Of a stretch of DNA of 64,000 nucleotides, positions 23,371 to 33,776 are shown in pieces. The stretch is from the NCBI GenBank assembly GCA_965197925.1, contig CBDAOC010000019.1:96001-160000 (forward strand). Reading direction: 5' to 3'. Every line of letters starts with the position of its first letter. Position 1 is the first letter of the stretch. This stretch comes from Nitrososphaerales archaeon (GTDB taxonomy: Archaea; Thermoproteota; Nitrososphaeria; Nitrososphaerales; UBA213). Position numbers and translations under genes: made by a program. Under the pieces are notes generated by a model. The model searched no databases, had not been told where the DNA came from, and worked only from the letters and a program-made list of their open reading frames with translations.

Positions 23371-24285
23371 CTAAAGAAGAATACCAAATCGTTCACTCAA
23401 CTTGTTAGTGTATCCATCCGACCCCACAATAATACCGTCCAAAATCTGTCTGACTACGACCTGTTGGAATGTGTTGAGCGATGCAAAGTGTTTGGCGATG
23501 TTCATGATGTTCATCCCGTATGTTATCCGTAACCAGAACCGTTTATGCAATGATTCATTGCCTGCAACATCCTTTGTCTTTATCTCTAGTAGGTAGTATC
23601 CTTGTTTGTCGATTGAAGTTATTAATTTGTGAGGGATACCATGTGGAACCAGGTGCCACTTCTTGTCAATTGTGGGGATGCGGTATAATGTTTCATTTAT
23701 ACCGGATATGCGATCCGATGCTAACAGTTCAAAAGTTATAAGTTCATCCGTCATCGCATCGATGATCACGCACTGCCTATTGGACCTGAGATCTTCAGGC
23801 GTGCAGTTGCTGCCTATCGGAATATTTGGATTTGTTTCCGTGTGGATGCGCATGATTGACAACTCTGGTCTCACGGCATCCACGTAGATCTTCACCTGGT
23901 GTGGTTCCTCGAGTTTGCCTGTCTTATCCTTTGCAAAATAGTTGAATTTTATCATGCCTTTCTGGAAGCCGGTCTGCTTGTATGCCGTGATGTTCTGCCC
24001 TGACTTGAGATAGCATTCACCCTGTCTGCAATCCCCTTCCCCGTAATAAAATGGCGCACCCTGGATAATGATATGCTCAACACCTGCAACGTCATCCGTT
24101 GCCATGAATTTAATCACCGGTGCCTTGTCGTAGTACCATCCCGTTACGTTGTTGTACATGCCATCAATCGTGATATTGGTCCTGGGTGGATGAAAGTCCG
24201 TTGCCCCCTCTACACCTACAATACCTATGATAAAAAATACCGCAGTCGTCAGTAGGGATAATTTAACTGCTTTACAATAAGTCAA
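23371..24285 (-). CDS. Secreted Ig-like (beta-sandwich) repeat protein
   Basis: Signal peptide; two repeats A.D...G......Y.....Y.A.D..G..E typical of Ig-like modules. Confidence 0.7.
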   Translation of the reverse strand: MTYCKAVKLSLLTTAVFFIIGIVGVEGATDFHPPRTNITIDGMYNNVTGWYYDKAPVIKFMATDDVAGVEHIIIQGAPFYYGEGDCRQGECYLKSGQNITAYKQTGFQKGMIKFNYFAKDKTGKLEEPHQVKIYVDAVRPELSIMRIHTETNPNIPIGSNCTPEDLRSNRQCVIIDAMTDELITFELLASDRISGINETLYRIPTIDKKWHLVPHGIPHKLITSIDKQGYYLLEIKTKDVAGNESLHKRFWLRITYGMNIMNIAKHFASLNTFQQVVVRQILDGIIVGSDGYTNKLSERFGILL

Positions 24286-24296
24286 TTTTGTTGGAA

Positions 24297-25037
24297 TTAG
24301 GCATTTGTCTCTGTTTGTTTATAGTCGGGATATTCCTGTATCTTTCTGCCGTTCAACAATTCACCGCCTGCCCCGTCGCCACCGACCCCTCCAAGTTGCT
24401 TGAACCACACCCTGACGTTCTGCTCCCTGCATTGCCTGATTATGGCCTCTGCCCACTCCGCCTGCATTGGTCTTGGCTGCTGGCCATCCCTATTGACTTC
24501 TTCCAGGCTCTTTGACTCCCCGCCAATTATTACCCATTCAATGTCCGAGAGATCCAGTTCCCCCATATCTTCAATCAATGGCTCGAATGAAACAAAATGA
24601 ATGTTGCATCTAACCTGCCTGAGAAGGTCTATCCTATGTTTTGCATTTTTGATGCCGCAACTCACGCCCAGCCAGACACGATCAGGACAGACCCTCTCCT
24701 TGAAATATACTGGTAGGCGTTCCGCCCTTTTCGTGAGCAGTAGGAATTGCTTGTCATATGCCTTGAATATCCTGTACATCCAGTTATCGATTATCTGATC
24801 TGGAATCTTCTCGTGCAGCCAGTCACTGAATGAGTTCACGAAGATGATCTCGTCATACATCTTCACCTTCTTTATTGCATTCACCATGTCCAGTATCCTG
24901 ACCTCGGTTGGATCTTTGCCAAATTTGGGCATCAATCTGTAGATATAGCAATTCCTGCATTCCTCTGATACCTTCGTGCAGCCCATTGCCAGGTTAAGTG
25001 TTGAATGCGCCCAGGATATACTTGTGTGCTTGCCCAA
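24297..25037 (-). CDS. DUF5131 / phage Gp37-Gp68 family protein
   Basis: T.ISW...T.N...GC.KVS.EC.NCY, FVNS.SD.LH, LLTKR.ER, VWLGVS, FVSFEPL, WVIIGGES, RPM..EW, FKQLGG. Confidence 0.93.
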   Translation of the reverse strand: MGKHTSISWAHSTLNLAMGCTKVSEECRNCYIYRLMPKFGKDPTEVRILDMVNAIKKVKMYDEIIFVNSFSDWLHEKIPDQIIDNWMYRIFKAYDKQFLLLTKRAERLPVYFKERVCPDRVWLGVSCGIKNAKHRIDLLRQVRCNIHFVSFEPLIEDMGELDLSDIEWVIIGGESKSLEEVNRDGQQPRPMQAEWAEAIIRQCREQNVRVWFKQLGGVGGDGAGGELLNGRKIQEYPDYKQTETNA

Positions 25038-25042
25038 TTATC

Positions 25043-25696
25043 TCATGTCCCACATGATCTTTGCTCGACCCTTTGACACCTGGCAAAATATTCATCGTTC
25101 TTTTCAATCCCTATGTATCGCCTGTTCAGGCTTGTGCATACACGTATAATGTTGCCTGATGCCCCCATGAAGGGATCAATCACCAGTTCATCCTCCTTGG
25201 TCGAGTTCTTTATTGCCATACTATAAAGTTGCCTTGGTTTTTCTGCGGGCTGTCCACCCCGTATTGCTGTGTAGCGCAACAGGTTTGTGTATTTTTTGTT
25301 CAGTTTACGTTCACCCTTTTCAAAAAACAGTATGTATTCACACTGGTTGACCCAGTGATAACCGAGTGTTCTAACATTTTTATCCCAAACTATCAGTTGC
25401 CTGCACTCAAACCCCGTCTTTTCGATTTGTGTTTTCATCGTTGGGAGGCTTGTAAAGTCGGTCATGAAATAGGCATGCGTGTTGTCATCAAGTATCCTGT
25501 ATAGTTCAGTGGCAATCGGTAGGATGTCGTCGTATGATATCACGTCAAACCATTTCTTCAGTCGTGTGGTCGTGCCAACGGACCTGTGGGTTTCCATGCT
25601 GGGATATGGCATATCCGTCCAGACCATCTGTGCGGTCCTGTCAGGTATTCCCTTCAATAGTTCCCTGCTGTCACCATGTATTATTTTATTATCCAT
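25043..25696 (-). CDS. N4-cytosine/N6-adenine DNA methyltransferase (beta class)
   Basis: IIHGDS, TDMPY (motif IV variant), IVWDK, EKP..L, VIDPFMGASG (motif I), R.YIGIE. Confidence 0.88.
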   Translation of the reverse strand: MDNKIIHGDSRELLKGIPDRTAQMVWTDMPYPSMETHRSVGTTTRLKKWFDVISYDDILPIATELYRILDDNTHAYFMTDFTSLPTMKTQIEKTGFECRQLIVWDKNVRTLGYHWVNQCEYILFFEKGERKLNKKYTNLLRYTAIRGGQPAEKPRQLYSMAIKNSTKEDELVIDPFMGASGNIIRVCTSLNRRYIGIEKNDEYFARCQRVEQRSCGT

Positions 25697-25711
25697 CCTA
25701 GCATCAATGTC

Positions 25712-25999
25712 TTATGATTGTGCCTTGCCCATACCTTGCGATTGTAGATCTTTCAGACTTTTATTATAGTCACATCTTACAATTGCGCTGTGAAGTCGTG
25801 CGATGATATCCTCATTCACTCGTTGCAATTCTATATGATATGCCAGGGCTGTTTCCAATGACCCGACATTATGACACTTTTCTGCGGTCTCCAAAAGATA
25901 GTGTAACACGGTATAGTTGGCAAAGTTGCTTGACATGCGTTCCCGTTTCGACTGTAGTTTCTGGATATCTTTGTCACTGAATGTTTCAATTCGACGCAT
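25712..25999 (-). CDS. Hypothetical protein (viral block)
   Basis: Co-oriented ORF in a packed cluster. Confidence 0.6.
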   Translation of the reverse strand: MRRIETFSDKDIQKLQSKRERMSSNFANYTVLHYLLETAEKCHNVGSLETALAYHIELQRVNEDIIARLHSAIVRCDYNKSLKDLQSQGMGKAQS

Positions 26000-26011
26000 T
26001 TTCTATCAACA

Positions 26012-26206
26012 TTATATTGTGAGTTTAAACGTGAATGATTTGATAGTTAACTGACCGTTATGGCAACCGCATTCGCATTCTCTCCACAAATATTTTGTAC
26101 GCCCGTAGATCTCATATGGCTGCCTTCTGCCGCCGCTACATTTGTCGTGCTTTTCCATATTGCAGGAAATACTTCTTTTGGCGATTATGTTTTTGATGTT
26201 GTTCAA
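26012..26206 (-). CDS. Small Cys/His-rich zinc-binding protein
   Basis: C....H.KC ... CECGCH, a motif common in viral small proteins. Confidence 0.65.
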   Translation of the reverse strand: MNNIKNIIAKRSISCNMEKHDKCSGGRRQPYEIYGRTKYLWRECECGCHNGQLTIKSFTFKLTI

Positions 26207-26382
26207 TGTGCATCTATCACGACCACTCTGGTTGCACCTGGTGGCCTATGGGTCTCACAATAGAAACGATGGTCCTCTGTCCATGCGTGTCGTGCGCTTA
26301 TCTGTGACAAGGTTATATCGTTTGTCTCCTTTATACAGCCAACACATCCAATCATTTTATTGGCCAGGTATTTTTGTGGCAT
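26203..26382 (-). CDS. Unannotated 59-aa zinc-finger protein
   Basis: MPQKYLANKMIGCVGC...FYCETHRPP...; start overlaps the upstream stop (TAATG) and stop overlaps the next start. Confidence 0.65.
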   Translation of the reverse strand: MPQKYLANKMIGCVGCIKETNDITLSQISARHAWTEDHRFYCETHRPPGATRVVVIDAH

Positions 26383-26642
26383 TATTTATTTCCTTTTTTT
26401 ATCCTCGGTATGATGTGGTCCTGACCTTTCACCAGTATGATTGATTTTCCTTTGCGTGACTTTAGCATCCTGCAATATTGGTTCGGGTATTTCTTCTTGT
26501 GTTTGTACTTGATTCTAAATTTCTTCCTATGTGGGTTCCCTATGGGGTCGCCCTCTTTCGTTGTATACCCCGCAAATGTTGTTGTGACTGCTTTCATCAC
26601 TTCAACTGCCTTGTTCTCATTGATTCTACGCTTCAATGACAT
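26382..26642 (-). CDS. Basic hypothetical protein
   Basis: Lys/Arg-rich, overlaps neighbours in an operon-like manner. Confidence 0.6.
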   Translation of the reverse strand: MSLKRRINENKAVEVMKAVTTTFAGYTTKEGDPIGNPHRKKFRIKYKHKKKYPNQYCRMLKSRKGKSIILVKGQDHIIPRIKKGNK

Positions 26643-27088
26643 ATTTTCACCGACCTTGGTTGTCTACCTGTAGCTCTTAATTCATCCAAGTATTCATTTA
26701 GGATATAGGAATAAATTTGTGTTGTTGGTAGATGTCGTATTACTAGATAATCATGTAGTACGTCGGATGATATGTAGTTGTGTTGCAACGCACATTTGAT
26801 ACAATAGTGTTTAGTAATGGAGCCTCTGGAATTATTCCTGCTGACAAAGAGGTCTGCATCATACTTGTCCTTCGGAAATAATTTCCTTTTGCATTCCAGG
26901 CAAGTTAGATATTCCTTTGGTTCGGTGTTCAATGGATTTTTACATTCACGGCATCTCGATGCATCCTTGCCGTGAAGCAACTTGCAGTCGAAGCAGTAAT
27001 TGTGTTGTTGAAAACGTACATGGTCGTTGTAGGGCGTCAGTACGCATCCAGTGACCTTGCCTATGTACTTGTGTGATGATGTCCTCAT
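26633..27088 (-). CDS. Multi-CxxC zinc-ribbon protein
   Basis: CFDC, CREC, CLEC, CIKC. Confidence 0.75.
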   Translation of the reverse strand: MRTSSHKYIGKVTGCVLTPYNDHVRFQQHNYCFDCKLLHGKDASRCRECKNPLNTEPKEYLTCLECKRKLFPKDKYDADLFVSRNNSRGSITKHYCIKCALQHNYISSDVLHDYLVIRHLPTTQIYSYILNEYLDELRATGRQPRSVKICH

Positions 27089-27252
27089 GTCCGTTCACCA
27101 ATTCCTGTTCCTGTTTCTGCCATTCCAACCTTCCAGTGTCCGAGCCTGCATGTACATGCGTTGGAACTGGTTAACGCATCGCCATCCCACCCAATCCATC
27201 CAAGAATTGAGAAAAGTAATGCGTTAACCATAACGGGAAAAATAGGGGTCAT
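27085..27252 (-). CDS. Unannotated 55-aa hydrophobic small protein
   Basis: MTPIFPVMVNALLFSILGWIGW...; ATGA overlaps at both ends. Confidence 0.5.
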   Translation of the reverse strand: MTPIFPVMVNALLFSILGWIGWDGDALTSSNACTCRLGHWKVGMAETGTGIGERT

Positions 27253-27374
27253 TGTATATCCTCCACTTCTCTCATGAATTTGTGAAGGGATTTATGGTGT
27301 CGTTTCAGTTCCTCTTTTGTCTTGTGTCTTCTTTTGCAGCAGCAGCATTTGAATGATTTGTTGTCCACCGTCAT
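27249..27374 (-). CDS. Unannotated 41-aa C2H2 zinc-finger protein
   Basis: FKCCCCKRRHKTKEELKRHHKSLH; start/stop overlaps with both neighbours. Confidence 0.7.
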   Translation of the reverse strand: MTVDNKSFKCCCCKRRHKTKEELKRHHKSLHKFMREVEDIQ

Positions 27375-27690
27375 TATTTGGTCGCCCCCTGCCAGACTCT
27401 AAGGCTGGCCGCCTGGTATGTCTTGTGGACATCCTTCAAATGCTGCTGCAGTTCGTCGGGATTTTCAGTGAAGAAGCGCCTGGGCGTGTCAAAACAAAAT
27501 GTGCATAGGAACCATGCGCTTTTCTCGTCATATGTCCAATTGAGGTCAACAGTCCGCAATCGTGCTTGGTTTGATGGTCTTTCCATAGTTCGCTTGACCC
27601 ATTCTTTTGCTGTGTCGGGTGACATCTCCAACTGTCCCTGTGCTGAATTTGTTTTTAATATCGGGCATATCTTGCAAAAGTCCTTTGGGT
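27374..27690 (-). CDS. C2H2 zinc-finger protein, N-terminally truncated by IS
   Basis: CTFC...LQQHLKDVH; the frame stays open upstream (CKIC) into the IS junction. Confidence 0.65.
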
Positions 27691-28375
27691 AGAGTTCAAA
27701 CTAGTGTTGCCATCAGAGAAACCAGCAAGAACAGTTGGAAGACCAGCTGTACCATTTAGAAAAGTGTTGAATGGAATACTGTACGTATTAAGAACTGGAT
27801 ATCAGTGGAAGAAGGTATCGAAAGAATTTGGTTCTGGTTCAACTTGCCATGCAAGATTTCAGGAATGGATTGGGATAGGAGTACTCAAGAAGGTATGGAA
27901 GAGGCTGCTGGAAATATATGATGAATTAAAGAGTATAGGATGGGACTGGCAATCTATGGATAGCGTACCGAAGGCCCCATTAGGGGGAAAACGGCCGGAG
28001 CAAACCCAACGGATAGAGGCAAGCTAGGTACCAAACGTCACATGCTTGTTGATAGAAGAGGAGTACCTCTCTCATCTGTAATTACTGGAGCAAATAAACA
28101 CGATATGAAATCAGCCTTTCCTACAATAGATAGCATTGTTGTTGATAGGCCCAAAGTTAAACAGAACATATGCATGAATAGGATACGATTTCCCTGAGAT
28201 AGAGTATGGAGTTAGGAAGGGGATATGTAGATCACATTCGTCATAAAGGTGAAGTGTTGAAAAAGAATTTATACAAAGCAAAGAGATGGGTTGTAGAAAG
28301 AACCGCATCTTGGCATAACAGGTTCAGAAAGTTATTGGTAAGGTTCGAGAAGAGAGAGGAAAATTATCAGGCGCT
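27691..28375 (+). mobile_element. Truncated IS5-family transposase copy
   Basis: Near-identical to 47703-48402; VLNGILYVLRTG, RWVVERTASW. Confidence 0.9.
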
Positions 28376-28500
28376 ACTATTACCAACCCGACATTTGTTG
28401 CTCCAACTACTAGGAAGGATTTAGGTTTCTCACTGGTAGTTAACGACGGTGTATTTAATAGCATACCAGATAGTGTACAAGTGACACCCGTGACGTTAGC
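28365..28500 (+). pseudogene. PKD/Ig-like domain fragment
   Basis: SGATITNPTFVAP....L.FSLVVNDG..NS.PDSV.VT. Confidence 0.5.
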
Positions 28501-29043
28501 CTCTCAACATATTTCTTCTAACCGCCAAAGGTTTAGTAAATGGGAATAGAACTAATCTTTGAAGACTAAAGGGAAGGCGATGTCTTTAATGGCTTTGTAA
28601 AGATATCTTTAATGATATTGTTAAATCACTGTTTTATTGCATGGATTAAAGACATAGTATTGCGGTTCCAATTTTGTAAGAAGATTCTTGACAAACAAGT
28701 CAGAAGGGCAGATACTTGTAAGTTGTGAAGCTCACAATTAAGGGAGATACAAAACCACATTTTTTATTTGAAATAGTTATGAACTCTGCCTTAGGTTTAT
28801 GTCTACCTATTTAATCACACAAAGGAAAAAGGCTTTCTGCTTAATGTGTAATATGTTACTAATGCATGGTAACGTTAGGTTTGGATTGTTTTTGGATTGT
28901 TAATAGTTTAGTTATTTTCTTGAATTAATAGTAATCTAGGGCTACGTCTGCGGTAAGCGTGGAGGAAGAATAATACTATACAACAGCGTTTAATCCTTTA
29001 TTTTTTATTTTATATACGTCAATAATCCATGTTTTCTTGAAGG

Positions 29044-29976
29044 TTAAAGCTTTCCTTTAATTTCAGCATGTGCTTCCTCTATCATTTCTAATTCGTATTT
29101 TTCAAGCCTCCATCCGGAAGCACCTGCGTTATCCTCAACCTGTCTTAGATTCTTTGCCCCAGGAATCGGTACTACTAGTGGATCTTTGATGAGCCAGTTT
29201 AAAGCAACCTGTGGAACAGTAAAATTTCTTCTTTTCGCAATTTCTGTTAATGACTTGATTAGATTTGATATTGCTTCCATGTAACGAGATGAGAAAATCT
29301 TATCAGATGTTCTGAATCCTATTGTTGGTTTGTTATGCTCATTATACTTCCCCGTTAGTGCTCCCTTGGCAAGTGGACTGTACGCTATTACTGATATACC
29401 TTCTTTCCTTGCATATGGAAGCAAGTCGCCCTCTATTTCCTTTTGAAGTAAGTTGTATCCGACCTGGTTTGATACTATGTCATGTGATGACAATGCTTCT
29501 TGTGCTTCCCTGAGATCGTTTACGTTAAAGTTACTTACGCCTATGTATCTAACCTTGCCTTCGCTAACTAATTTTTCCATAGCTTTCATTGTTTCCCTGA
29601 TTGGTATCGAAGGATTAGGCGAGTGTATCTGGTAAAGGTCAATATAGTCTATGTCTAGCCTAGTCAGGCTTCCTCCTGCAGCAGCAAGCACATCATCATA
29701 TGAAAGATTAGATGAGGAAACCTTTGTTGCAATTAGAAGCTCTTCACGATTTTCTTTAATGACTTCTCCAATTATTTTCTCTGATAAACCATCCCCATAC
29801 GATTCAGCTGTATCAATGAAATTTATTCCGAGCTCAAGAGCTTTGTTTATCGTTTCCACTGCCTGTTCCTTTTCAAAATCGATTGACCATCCCCATCCAG
29901 TGCTACCTATCTGCCAAGCGCCTAATCCTATAACAGAAACTCTTAGATCCGATTTACCTAACCTAACATATTCCAT
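29044..29976 (-). CDS. Aldo/keto reductase
   Basis: LG.S.L.VS.IGLG, GINFIDTAESYG, IATKV, DYIDLYQIH, GKVRYIGVSNF, AYSPLAKG, IPGAK. Confidence 0.96.
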   Translation of the reverse strand: MEYVRLGKSDLRVSVIGLGAWQIGSTGWGWSIDFEKEQAVETINKALELGINFIDTAESYGDGLSEKIIGEVIKENREELLIATKVSSSNLSYDDVLAAAGGSLTRLDIDYIDLYQIHSPNPSIPIRETMKAMEKLVSEGKVRYIGVSNFNVNDLREAQEALSSHDIVSNQVGYNLLQKEIEGDLLPYARKEGISVIAYSPLAKGALTGKYNEHNKPTIGFRTSDKIFSSRYMEAISNLIKSLTEIAKRRNFTVPQVALNWLIKDPLVVPIPGAKNLRQVEDNAGASGWRLEKYELEMIEEAHAEIKGKL

Positions 29977-31342
29977 GACTCATCAAAGAAGCTAAAAGTA
30001 ATGGTATAAGTTATTTTTACTTTTAGCCTAAATAGGCAAACAGTACGAGGATTACAGTTCAGATACCTATTGAATCACGGCTAGAGCAAGAGTCACTATT
30101 GGGTCTTTAAGATTTTGTTGCTTCTAGAGCGGTTCCAATTATGTAAGATTATTCATGACAAACAAGTCAGAACGGCGAGATACTTTTAGATTGTAAAGCT
30201 TCAATTAAATGGAATATAAAACCAACTTTTTTTGTTCATAATTTAGACATGGTAATACAAATAAATCTACATTTTTATAATTTTGATACCAGTTAATGAT
30301 ACTATATTGTAGCATCAACTTGAATAATAGTCAATCCCGAGATTATTGATGTGGTCAATGTTCATCTACGAGAAGGTGAAGATACCATGTTGTTCAAGTA
30401 GAAAGATCGATAGATACAACTAAGATACGAGCAGAATTAACAAGAATGCCTAATCCTAAAGAAATTGACGATATTATCGAAGGCGATGTACTCTAAATCC
30501 TTCGTAATTAGGTGTTAATTAGTCAAAATTACATAGTTTATACATCATAATGGGATATGCCTTCCAGTGGAGCTCCATATTATCTGTATGATTCTATGTT
30601 CTCACAAGTGGAAGTACTTCACATAGGAGTACAGGTTATTACAAGTCTTCTACAAATCCCATGGCAAGCTCCTCTTGATCCTACAACACAAATAACCAAA
30701 GTAATGATGGTTTATGTTTTTTCATTATAAGTGTGATATTCGGATCTGAATTAACATCCTTCCTTAATTCCACCGTGAATTAAGAGGGTGTAGGTTTTTA
30801 AGAAAAGAATGAGGGAGAACTTGATAAATAACTCATGGTTATTGTAGATTTTGGGCTAAGATTGTAAAAGAAATGAGATGTAACACAATTTAAATTCGTA
30901 ATGAAATAGTAATCTCCTTTGCCCTAGTTCCAAGGCAATGACGTCCACTTTTATCCCAGTTGTTCGTCAAATAAGAAGATAATACTGTAATAAAATAATA
31001 AGGCTAAACTCATTGACTAGTAATTTATCTTCAAGAATTGATTCTATGCTTCAACAATATACAACTCCTGACAATGGAATCCTAAATTAGTCTTTGTCAA
31101 AATGCTTATTATGTGCTGGCATTAGCTCTTGTCATATAGGAAATTAATTTATCTTATAAGTATACTTGCATTCATACGGGTTTTTGATTAAACTCAAAAC
31201 TACCTCAACATGAAGGAGCTCCCCAAGAAATAATTTAGTTTAGAAAATTTAAAAAGAAAAAATAAATTACTTACAAATTTTTGGCTTCTGTTAATTCACT
31301 AATCTTTCCATAGTATAGGACCCTAATAATCACATTTAGTAC

Positions 31343-31399
31343 TTATTTTTTCTTCTTCTTTTTTTCACTCTTGCTCTTAGATTTTTTCTTACTGGGCAT
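31343..31399 (-). CDS. Candidate 18-aa lysine-rich micro-protein
   Basis: MPSKKKSKSKSEKKKKKK*, with TATAAAA about 24 nt upstream. Confidence 0.4.
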   Translation of the reverse strand: MPSKKKSKSKSEKKKKKK

Positions 31400-31536
31400 T
31401 AAGATTAAACCAGTTCAAAAGTTTTATATCACCTGTAGTTAGACATAATAGACTAATACAGTGAATTCATTTATAGCCATCAGAAAGTAGGGGAGTAACA
31501 ATTCACTGAGAAATAAATCAGTCACTCAACAACTTG

Positions 31537-32337
31537 TTATATAACCCTCACATGAGCAATTTCTTTAAGCTTCATTGCAGCAACTTCAGCTGCCTTTTTG
31601 CCAGAGTATAACATTGCACCAAAAGTAGGCCCCATTCTAGGAAGACCAAATGTCTCGGTTACAGCCATTCCAGCAGCTATAAGCCCAGGAAATACTTCAC
31701 CAGTTTGATCCACCAATAAATCCTCCGCACTTTCTACGCACATTGGGTTCATACCAGCAAATTTTACAAGACCACGGTCTGTCAGTCTCCTCACCGCAAC
31801 TGAATCATGTCCCGATGCATCTATTACAATTTTTGATTCCAGTGCCACTGGATCAACACATGTTATGTTTCTTGGAAGTGCTGATACGGGCATCCAATTC
31901 ACAACCACTCCTGAAACCTTATTGTCTTTTAAAACTAAATCATCGAATTTTGTAAGGTTCAGGAATTTTACGCCCGCATCACACGCGGCAGCTATCAACT
32001 TGGAACAGGCATTAGGTCCTGGTGTTGCATATAGACCTTCAGAGACTTGTTTGTAGTGTATATTCAATTCATCAAATATTTTCTGAGCAGGGGCTCTAAC
32101 AGTTATAGGGTTCATCATAAATCCCCCAACCCAGAAGCCACCTCCAAGATAATTATTCTGCTCCACAATCAATGTTTTAAAGTTCATTTGTGCAAGTTCT
32201 TTTCCAGCCATTAGTCCGGAAGGACCAGCTCCTATTATTATCACATCCGAGTCAGCATAATCAATAAATGTTTCATGGAACATTTCTGCGATTGCCCTTG
32301 TTATCTCTTTCTCTCCAACGTTTGAAAATGTTGGCAT
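31537..32337 (-). CDS. thi4: Thiazole synthase Thi4 (Cys-type)
   Basis: GAGPSGL, LGGG.W.GG, CVDP, DASGHD, RMGPTFGAMLYSGKKAAE. Confidence 0.95.
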   Translation of the reverse strand: MPTFSNVGEKEITRAIAEMFHETFIDYADSDVIIIGAGPSGLMAGKELAQMNFKTLIVEQNNYLGGGFWVGGFMMNPITVRAPAQKIFDELNIHYKQVSEGLYATPGPNACSKLIAAACDAGVKFLNLTKFDDLVLKDNKVSGVVVNWMPVSALPRNITCVDPVALESKIVIDASGHDSVAVRRLTDRGLVKFAGMNPMCVESAEDLLVDQTGEVFPGLIAAGMAVTETFGLPRMGPTFGAMLYSGKKAAEVAAMKLKEIAHVRVI

Positions 32338-32396
32338 ATTAAGTGGTGGATCGAAACTATATTAATACTTTTTAATCAGCGATTAATGGGTATTAA

Positions 32397-32885
32397 TCAC
32401 TTCTGCAATATGATCTTATTGTTTGGCAATACTGCAACGAATTTGTAGCCTTTATTAATTAGGTTCTCTACTTCTTCCGCTGTCACTACTTTCTGACAAC
32501 CCACTTGCTGTTGATAAACTCTGGCAAGACTAACAATTCATCAAATGTCATTGATTTAACTGCATTCTCAACATGTTCTCTTATTCAATTCTTCGTATGT
32601 TTAGAATATAGTGATTTTTGGATTTTACTTCCGATAGTCTTCGACCCTTTCCTCTCTTGACTTTTTGTATTATGACAATACATATTTATCATTACTCTTT
32701 ATCTCCCTTGCAGCAATTGGCCCAAGTGTGTCCGCTGTCGGTGTGAAGAAGAATTTATTGAAGGAGAACTTATTGAAGGAATAGATATGTGCCATGTTGA
32801 GCTTCATTATTCCATAATATTTTATCTGATTCGGCTCGGCAAATTCTGCTCTCCCCATTGTATTCCTGAATATTGTCTCAATCAT
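32397..32885 (-). pseudogene. Degraded ORF ending in QKVV..EEVENLINKGYKFVAVLPNNKIIL
   Basis: Motif recovered across frameshifts; resembles C-terminal tails of some archaeal integrase-like proteins. Confidence 0.3.
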
Positions 32886-33776
32886 CTTACCGTCTCAGAT
32901 AACCTTTGTTGGAATCTTTTTTAGTTTGCTATATCTATATTGCCAATGTCGTCCTCAATTAACAAAGTCAGTGTTTTTCCCTCTTCAGAATATATGATTA
33001 CAAAAGGGTTTTCAGTTCAGGTTTGAAAAAGGCCCCATTTTATATAATATCTACTGACATTACTATCAAAATGTTTCATATAAGATTTGAAAATAAACTT
33101 GTTGCTTTAACACATATGTTATAATATATTCCATTGATTATCATTAATCTAAATAAGAACAAACTGTTATCTACTTGTCCCCATCTAAAAACAGGTCAAA
33201 CATTATTAAAAAATTATTAAACCTGATGAAGCAAACTACATGATTTCATGATTGTTAAATACCTCAATAATTATCAATTCTAGCCCTTATCAAATTCAAT
33301 AAAGGTGTAAACCGATCAAATATTAGGAATGCTTGTTCAAATGATGAAATCGGGTATGCTCAATTGAAAACTCTTTTCAACAGGCTAATTATACAAAAAA
33401 ACTACCTTGTTTATGGTCCTTCATCTATTAGTAGATTCAAAACTTATTCCTCATTAATCTGATCCAAAATCCAAAAATCCTATAATGCAACTAAAGGTAA
33501 ATTGATAAAAACCCATGAAGGTCTCAAAATTATACTTTTTTTATCATTACACTCGACCCAAGAATTCCTGATATCATTTCAATTTTATTCACTATGATAA
33601 TGAACTATCCTCGTAACCAATTTGTATCGAGTAGAATTATAGGCTAATTTTCATTTCTATAAATCATTAAATTTAGGTAAATGTTAATGAAATACAGAAT
33701 GACAAACAATATTTGAAACAGCGTTTAAAAACTACACAGATCATATAAGCACCAATTATAAAATAAATAATTAACA

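Larger units (their letters stand above)
22531..27690 (-). mobile_element. Provirus-like remnant, truncated on the right by an IS
   Basis: Co-oriented, tightly overlapping small ORFs, higher GC than flanks, DUF5131, MTase, Zn-finger ORFs and a two-helix capsid-like protein; no integrase or att site seen. Confidence 0.7.

Noticed and set aside
32338..32420. TPP riboswitch upstream of thi4
   Set aside because: No recognisable aptamer motif; a TATA-like element lies close to the ATG, suggesting a leaderless transcript
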